A program made the position numbers and the translations under genes. Positions 58,631 through 64,000 of a stretch of DNA of 64,000 bases are shown here, in pieces (within the stretch, counting starts at the first letter, position 1; every line of letters starts with the position of its first letter). This stretch comes from Elusimicrobiota bacterium (GTDB lineage Bacteria > Elusimicrobiota > Elusimicrobia > UBA1565 > UBA9628). The stretch covers positions 7,150 through 71,149 of the forward strand of contig JBBTJN010000011.1 in the NCBI GenBank assembly GCA_038059415.1. The letters run 5' to 3'. The notes under the pieces were generated by a model that saw nothing but the letters and a program-made list of their open reading frames with translations, had not been told where the DNA came from and did no database searches.

Positions 58631-60040
58631 ATGCCGCTGGATGCGGAGGAAGTCAAAGCCCTCCGCTTCCAGTGGCGCTTGAGCCGCGCGCTCGTGGTGC
58701 TCGTGTCGCTTGTGGTCACCGCGATCGCGCGGTTTCATTTCCAGTACCGCCTCGACGAGGACATCGACGAGTTGCGCGCGGACATATGGACCAAGCTCGA
58801 CGCGCACGACGGCCCCGTCATCTGGGCCGCCAACCACCTGACGCTCATCGACAGCTTCCTCGTCTATTGGGCGATCTTCCCCGTCAGCCGCCTCCTCGAT
58901 GAGCGGCGCATCCCTTGGTCCACGCCCGAGTACACGAATTACTACAGGCTCGGCGGGCCGGTGCAAAGCGCCCTCATCCGCGGCCTGCTCTATCTGTGCC
59001 GCTGCATCCCGTTCCTTCGGGGCGGGGAAGACGCGGCGTCTGAAATGTGGCGACGGAAGGCCTTCGACAAGTGCGTATGGGTTCTCAAAGAGGGCGGCGC
59101 CGTGTTCGTTTATCCGGAAGCCGGACGCTCGCGCTCGGGCTGGCTCGAGCCTCGGCGCCCGAAGGACTTCCTCGGCAAGTTGGCCATCGAGGTCCCTGCC
59201 TCGAAATTCCTTTGCGTGTATCTGCGTTCCGACCGCCAGATCTCGACGACCGCCTGCCCGCCGCGTGGCGACCGTCTACGCGTCGTGGCCGATCTTATCT
59301 CGGGCGTGCTCCCCGGCGAGACGAATCCCCGCGACATCAGCCAGCGCCTGTTCAACCGGCTCGCCGAGATGCAGCAGGAGTGGTGGAAGGGCTCCGAAAT
59401 GGCGCGCAACTGTGCTGGCAACGACATCGTAGACCTCAAGACGCCGCTGCTGCGCGAGAATTTCTCCGACGACCTGACCGAGGCCGATCAGGAGTGGCTC
59501 GAACGTCACCTGACAAAGAAGGAACTCGCCTATCTCCCCGAACAAGGGCCGACCAATCTCTTCCGCTGCTTCTGGCGCTTCTTCTGCGCGAAGGAAGCCT
59601 GCCACAAGGCGCTGGGCCGCGCCGTGATCGTGGTCCCCAACGGCGCGTTTCACGAGATCGAAATAGACCTTTTCCGCCGCAGGGCGACGCACATCCCGAG
59701 CGGCCTCCAACTCGACATCCGCTTCACCGACGACGACGAGGAGAAGCTCCATTGCGTCGCGGTCCTGCGCGGCGGCTACATCGGCGACGAGGAGACTGCG
59801 GGTGATATCCTCTGGACCGTGGGCGAGGTCCCGGCGGGAACCTCTGCCGGCGCCTTCGTCCGGGACTTAGCGCTCGACATGATCGCCTCGTCCAACGACG
59901 AGATCGCCACCGCCTCGCGCCTGGCCCTCACCGAAAATTCCGGCCTTCCCGGCGTGCTGTGGCGCGGTGCTCTCCAAGACTGGAGCCTGTCTCTGTCCCA
60001 CTCCGGCCGATTCGCGGCCGCCAGCTTCATGATCTCGTGA
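58631..60040 (+). CDS. Fusion protein: PlsC/LPLAT-type acyltransferase plus 4'-phosphopantetheinyl transferase
   Basis: The N-terminal half has AANHLTLID (NHx4D) and VYPEAGRSRSG (motif III). The C-terminal half has GNDIVDL, FCAKEACHKALG and SLSHSGRFAAA, typical of AcpS/Sfp-type PPTases. Confidence 0.7.
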   Translation: MPLDAEEVKALRFQWRLSRALVVLVSLVVTAIARFHFQYRLDEDIDELRADIWTKLDAHDGPVIWAANHLTLIDSFLVYWAIFPVSRLLDERRIPWSTPEYTNYYRLGGPVQSALIRGLLYLCRCIPFLRGGEDAASEMWRRKAFDKCVWVLKEGGAVFVYPEAGRSRSGWLEPRRPKDFLGKLAIEVPASKFLCVYLRSDRQISTTACPPRGDRLRVVADLISGVLPGETNPRDISQRLFNRLAEMQQEWWKGSEMARNCAGNDIVDLKTPLLRENFSDDLTEADQEWLERHLTKKELAYLPEQGPTNLFRCFWRFFCAKEACHKALGRAVIVVPNGAFHEIEIDLFRRRATHIPSGLQLDIRFTDDDEEKLHCVAVLRGGYIGDEETAGDILWTVGEVPAGTSAGAFVRDLALDMIASSNDEIATASRLALTENSGLPGVLWRGALQDWSLSLSHSGRFAAASFMIS

Positions 60041-60050
60041 GGAGAATCGC

Positions 60051-60983
60051 ATGAGCGATGCCATTTGCGCGCTGTTCGCCGGCCAGTCGGTTCAGGAGAC
60101 GGGCATGGGCGTCGAGTTGCTGAGAAACCCCGCCGCCCGCGCCGTCATCGATAGGCTGAAGCCCTCGCTCGGCGCCGATCTCGAGACTTTGCTGACGACG
60201 ATGCCCGATGAGTCCTTGGCGCTCACCTTCAACGCCCAACGCGCGATCCATGCCTCGCATGTCGCGCACTGGTTCGCCTACAAGTCGGCTCATCCCGGCA
60301 TCAAGCTCTCCGGCGCCGTCGGTCACTCGATGGGCGTGGTCGCCGCCCTGGTCGCCGCCGAAGCTCTGCTCCTCGAGGACTCCGGCCGCTTCATTGCCGC
60401 GCGCGCGAAGGCGTTCTCCGACTGCTGCAAGGCCTTCACCGAGCCGATGGGACTGGCCGCCGTCTCGGCGGACGATTTCAACGACGTCGTCCAATCCGCG
60501 GACGAGGTGCCCGGCGTCTGCGTCGCGTTGTGGAACACGCGCGGTCGCGGCACGCTCGGCGGGACGCTCGCCGCGCTCGAGGCCTACGCGGCCAAAGCCC
60601 GGGCCGAGGACTGGCCCGTGAAAATCAAGATTCTCAAGGTTGAGGGACCCTATCACACCGCGGCCTTCGCTCCCGCCAAAGACGCCCTCGCCGCAACGCT
60701 CGCGGCCCTCGAGGTGAAGGCGCCCAAGGTCCCCGTGTTTATGGGAACCTCGGGAAAGGCCGAGAACGACCCGGCGAGGATCAAGGCGCTGCTCGGCGAG
60801 CAGACCGTCGCCTGCGAGCGGCACCTCGACGCGGTGCGAGCGGCGCACGCGGCCGGCTGCCGTACCTTCGTCGAGGCGTCCTTCAAGCCCCAGCCTGTGA
60901 CCTGGCTGCCCGACCAGCTAGAGGCGGGTTCCTACAAGGCCATCGCGCTCACCACGGCGGAAATCACCGCGTCGACGAGATAG
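60051..60983 (+). CDS. Malonyl-CoA:ACP transacylase-like acyltransferase (FabD family)
   Basis: Contains FAGQSVQETGMG, GHSMGVVAAL (GHSxG nucleophile elbow) and YHTAAF. Confidence 0.8.
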   Translation: MSDAICALFAGQSVQETGMGVELLRNPAARAVIDRLKPSLGADLETLLTTMPDESLALTFNAQRAIHASHVAHWFAYKSAHPGIKLSGAVGHSMGVVAALVAAEALLLEDSGRFIAARAKAFSDCCKAFTEPMGLAAVSADDFNDVVQSADEVPGVCVALWNTRGRGTLGGTLAALEAYAAKARAEDWPVKIKILKVEGPYHTAAFAPAKDALAATLAALEVKAPKVPVFMGTSGKAENDPARIKALLGEQTVACERHLDAVRAAHAAGCRTFVEASFKPQPVTWLPDQLEAGSYKAIALTTAEITASTR

Positions 60984-61024
60984 TCGGCCCCTGCTCGATC
61001 GCGGCCTTATGTTAGAATAACCCC

Positions 61025-62365
61025 ATGCCCACCCGGCGCTACCCCGAGACCGGTGTTTTCTACCGCGCGCTCGATCGAGAGTTCCCCATGATCGTACGCG
61101 GCGAGGGTTGTTGGCTTGTCGACGACAAGGGCCGGCGTTACCTGGACGCCTGCGGCGGAGCCTACGTCGCGAACCTGGGGCACGGCGTTTGCGAGATCGC
61201 TGACGCGGTCGCCGAGCAAGTCCGCAAGGTCGCCTATGTCAATGGGACGGCCTTTACCAACGAGCCCGCCGAGGAACTGGCCGCAGAGTTGCGCACGCTC
61301 AACCCCCAAGGCCTCGACTTCGCCTACTTCCTTTCTTCCGGCTCGGAGGCCGTCGAGGCCGCGCTCAAGCTCGCCCGCCAGCACTGGATCGAGTCGGGAA
61401 AGCCCGGCAAGCACAAGATCATCGCGCGCGCGCCCGGCTATCACGGCAACACCTTGCTGGCGCTCTCCGCGTCAGCACGCGAAGAGTACAAGAAAATGTT
61501 CGCTCACTGGCTCGTGCCCGTGACCATGATTCCCGCTCCATACCCCTACCGTTGCATGCCGGACTCTCCCGCGATGACGGCCTCGGCCCTGGAGGACGCC
61601 ATCCTCAAAGAGGGTCCGGACTCGGTCGCCGCCTTCATCGCCGAGCCGGTCGGCGGCTCCTCGACCGGCGCGTCGGCGCCGCCGAAGGACTACTTCAAGC
61701 GGGTGAGAGATATCTGCGACAAGCATAGCGTGCTGTTTGTCGCAGACGAGGTCTTGTCCGGTTCCGGCCGCACCGGCAAATGGACGGCTCTCGAACACTT
61801 CGACGCGGCCCCGGACATCATGACGCTCGGCAAAGGTTTGTCGGGGGGTTATGTGCCGCTGTCCGCCGTCCTCGCGACAAGAAAAGTGATCGACCCGATC
61901 GCCAATGGATCGGGAACATTCAAACACGCCCAGACTTTTTCCCACTCGCCCGCCATTTGCGCCGCAGGGTTGGCCGCCGTCCGTCATATCAAGAGAAACA
62001 ACCTCGTCGACCGCTGCTCCAAGATGGGCGCCGCGCTTCAGCGCAAAATCTCCGTTTTGCTCGACCTTCCGTCCGTCGGCGACGTCCGCGGCCTCGGTCT
62101 TTTGGCGGGGATAGAGTTCGTCGCCGACAAAAAGACGAAGGCGCCGTTTCCCCGCGCGCTTAAATTCGCCGAGACCTTCGTCGCCTCGGCCCATAACGCC
62201 GGGCTCCTCGTCTGGCCCAACACCGGGCACGCCGACGGCGAGAACGGCGACCTCGTCGTGCTCGCCCCCCCATTCATCGTGACCGAGGCGGAGATCGACG
62301 AGATCGTCGTCCGCTTCAAGACCGCGCTCGAACGCACACTGGAGAAACTTCATGTCCACCGCTAA
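61025..62365 (+). CDS. Class III PLP-dependent aminotransferase
   Basis: Contains SGSEAVEAALKLAR, FIAEPVGGS, FVADEVLSGSGRTGKW and TLGKGLSGGYVPLSAV (PLP Lys). Confidence 0.85.
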   Translation: MPTRRYPETGVFYRALDREFPMIVRGEGCWLVDDKGRRYLDACGGAYVANLGHGVCEIADAVAEQVRKVAYVNGTAFTNEPAEELAAELRTLNPQGLDFAYFLSSGSEAVEAALKLARQHWIESGKPGKHKIIARAPGYHGNTLLALSASAREEYKKMFAHWLVPVTMIPAPYPYRCMPDSPAMTASALEDAILKEGPDSVAAFIAEPVGGSSTGASAPPKDYFKRVRDICDKHSVLFVADEVLSGSGRTGKWTALEHFDAAPDIMTLGKGLSGGYVPLSAVLATRKVIDPIANGSGTFKHAQTFSHSPAICAAGLAAVRHIKRNNLVDRCSKMGAALQRKISVLLDLPSVGDVRGLGLLAGIEFVADKKTKAPFPRALKFAETFVASAHNAGLLVWPNTGHADGENGDLVVLAPPFIVTEAEIDEIVVRFKTALERTLEKLHVHR

Positions 62366-63932
62366 CGCCGCTCCCGCCGCGAAGATCACCTACACCTCCG
62401 TGAACACGGACATGACCGCGTTCCACCGTTCTTTCGACGAGGCCCTGACGCTCGTGCGCGGCAAGGCCGGAAAGGAGCACCCGCTCTGGATCGACGGCAA
62501 GGCCGTGAAGTCGGCTTCCCCCCTTCTCGTCGACCTCTCGCCCATCGATACATCCTTCGTCCTCGGAAAGTTCGCGGCCTCGACCGCCGACCATGTGGAC
62601 CAGGCCGTCAAAGCCGCCCATCGCGAGCAGAAGCTCTGGCGCGCTCTCACGTGGCAGGAGCGCGTGAAGACGATGCGCAAGGCCGCCGTCGCCATACGCG
62701 AACGCAAGTTCGAGATCGCCGCCGTGATGAGCCTGGAAGTGGGCAAGAGCCGCCTGGAGGCCATGGGCGACGCCGAGGAGTCGGCCGACCTCATCGAATA
62801 TTACGCCAAGAACGTCGAGGACAATAACGGCTACATCGTGCCGCTGGGCAAGCTCCTGCCCAACGAAAACACGCGCTCGGTGCTGCGCCCCTTCGGGGTG
62901 TTTGTTTGCATCGCGCCCTTCAACTTCCCCATGGCGCTCTCGACCGGGATGTCCGCAGCGGCCCTGCTCGCCGGCAACGGCGTCGTCTACAAGCCCGCCC
63001 AGGACGCGCCCTGGACCGGCCTCATGCTCTACGAGTGCTACATGGCCGCGGGCATCCCGGCCGGGCTGTTCAATTTCGTGACGGGCCTGGGCTCGGTGAT
63101 CGGAGACGCGCTGTGGAAGAACCCGGGCGTCGACGGCATCGTGTTCACCGGCTCCAAGGAAATCGGAATGCGCATGGTCAAAGAGTTCTCCTCGGCCTAC
63201 CCCAAGCCCGCGCTCATGGAGCTGGGCGGCAAGAACCCGACCTACGTTTCCGAAACCGCCAACCTCGACGACGCCGCCTCGGGCGTCATGAAGTCCGCCT
63301 TCGGTCTGCAGGGACAGAAGTGTTCCGCCTGCTCGCGCGTGTACGTCCACGAGGAGATCTATGACGCCTTCGTGGCCAAGCTCGTCGAAAAGAGCAAGGC
63401 CATCGTCAGCGGCGACCCCACGCAGAAGGACGTATACTTCGGGCCGGTCATCAACGCCAAGTCGGCCAAGACCTTCGATCAAGCCATCGAGTCCGCGAAG
63501 AAGGGCGGCAAGGTTTTGCTCGGCGGAGAGCGCCTCAAGGGAGGGCTCTTCGACAAGGGGCACTTCTGCGCCGCGACCATCGTGGAGCTTCCTCTCGACC
63601 ATGAAATCTTCATGCGAGAACTGTTCGTGCCTATTCTCGCGGTGGGAAAGGTCAAGGACATGGATCAGGCCATCACGCAATCCAACCGTGCGGAGTACGG
63701 CCTGACCGCGGGAATCTTTACAGCCAGTCAAGAAGAGATACAGCGGTATTTCGATGAGATCGAGTCCGGCGTCTGCTACGCCAACCGCCCCTCGGGCGCG
63801 ACCACCGGCGCGTGGCCCGGCGTGCAGTCCTTCTGCGGCTGGAAGGGCTCCGGCTCGACTGGCAAGGGAGGCTGCGGGCCCTATTACGTCACGCAGTTCA
63901 TGCGCGAACAATCGCGCACCATCATGGAATGA
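62352..63932 (+). CDS. Aldehyde dehydrogenase, L-glutamate gamma-semialdehyde (P5C) dehydrogenase-like
   Basis: Contains MELGGKNP, FGLQGQKCSACSR (catalytic Cys) and EYGLTAGIFT. At 526 aa the length matches RocA/PruA-type enzymes. Confidence 0.8.
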   Translation: MSTANAAPAAKITYTSVNTDMTAFHRSFDEALTLVRGKAGKEHPLWIDGKAVKSASPLLVDLSPIDTSFVLGKFAASTADHVDQAVKAAHREQKLWRALTWQERVKTMRKAAVAIRERKFEIAAVMSLEVGKSRLEAMGDAEESADLIEYYAKNVEDNNGYIVPLGKLLPNENTRSVLRPFGVFVCIAPFNFPMALSTGMSAAALLAGNGVVYKPAQDAPWTGLMLYECYMAAGIPAGLFNFVTGLGSVIGDALWKNPGVDGIVFTGSKEIGMRMVKEFSSAYPKPALMELGGKNPTYVSETANLDDAASGVMKSAFGLQGQKCSACSRVYVHEEIYDAFVAKLVEKSKAIVSGDPTQKDVYFGPVINAKSAKTFDQAIESAKKGGKVLLGGERLKGGLFDKGHFCAATIVELPLDHEIFMRELFVPILAVGKVKDMDQAITQSNRAEYGLTAGIFTASQEEIQRYFDEIESGVCYANRPSGATTGAWPGVQSFCGWKGSGSTGKGGCGPYYVTQFMREQSRTIME

Positions 63933-63936
63933 TGCC

Positions 63937-64000
63937 ATGGCCAAGACGATCACGCCGGTGAAAGCGGAGTACCCTCGCATCGTCACGGCCCCTCCTGGAC
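63937..64000 (+). CDS. Start of a further ORF, possibly a GabT-like aminotransferase (3' end outside window)
   Basis: The ATG at 63937 lies 4 nt after the ALDH stop. MAKTITPVKAEYPRIVTAPPG resembles the N-terminal ...IVT.PGP of 4-aminobutyrate aminotransferases. Only 21 codons are visible. Confidence 0.35.
   Translation, partial: MAKTITPVKAEYPRIVTAPPG

Noticed and set aside
61025-64000. Considered whether the aminotransferase and aldehyde dehydrogenase genes belong to the FAS-like cluster, for example in making an amino-lipid.
   Set aside because: The dehydrogenase looks like a RocA/PruA-type P5C dehydrogenase, and the next ORF looks GabT-like. This fits ordinary amino-acid catabolism. No reductase that would release an aldehyde from the carrier is present, so the link is left unclaimed.

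Overview
GC-rich bacterial chromosomal window that is densely coding. Many adjacent genes overlap by 4 nt at stop/start (ATGA or GTGA). I recognised no rRNA, tRNA, CRISPR array, transposase or integrase. Contents by block: (1) 0.6-6.6 kb, a minus-strand operon of three exported proteins: a protein with 29-residue repeats, an HExxH metallopeptidase, and a protein with three ~80-aa repeats. (2) 6.9-13.3 kb, an aa3-type cytochrome c oxidase operon: coxB, coxA, coxC, subunit IV, two tiny membrane ORFs, ctaA, ctaB and a dihaem cytochrome c. (3) 13.3-25.7 kb: two tandem YyaL-type thioredoxin-fold paralogues, a radical SAM enzyme, a SYLF-like lipoprotein, YceI, an APC permease, two L,D-transpeptidase paralogues, an RRM RNA-binding protein, a CBS protein, hsp20 followed by a multiply frameshifted dnaJ/cbpA, and a PAC2-like protein. 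(4) 25.7-28.8 kb, a translationally coupled type III PKS / methyltransferase / flavoprotein operon. (5) 29.0-40.3 kb, a visibly lower-GC segment carrying UPF0182 and a complete Pho regulon (phoB/R-like, pstSCA, two pstB, phoU). It is bracketed and subdivided by three copies of the 3' part of one ferredoxin gene. (6) 40.3-49.5 kb: ferredoxin, bcp, a GT28 glycosyltransferase, a Rieske / fused cytochrome b / pentahaem c / monohaem c operon, and cbiX-like, hemA and ccsA-like genes. (7) 49.6-53.1 kb: an exported HAD-like protein, an S8 peptidase and a Cys-rich hypothetical. (8) 53.1-61.0 kb, a self-contained FAS II-like cluster: enoyl reductase, KAS III, KR, DH, KAS I/II, a 300-aa protein with an ACP-like N-terminus, an acyltransferase-PPTase fusion and a FabD-like transacylase. 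(9) 61.0-64.0 kb, aminotransferase and P5C-dehydrogenase type catabolic genes. My best candidates for something undescribed are the FAS II-like cluster with its non-canonical carrier, the ferredoxin-fragment-bounded lower-GC cassettes, and the complementary degenerate PstB pair. All functional calls rest on motif recognition by eye and no database search was run.
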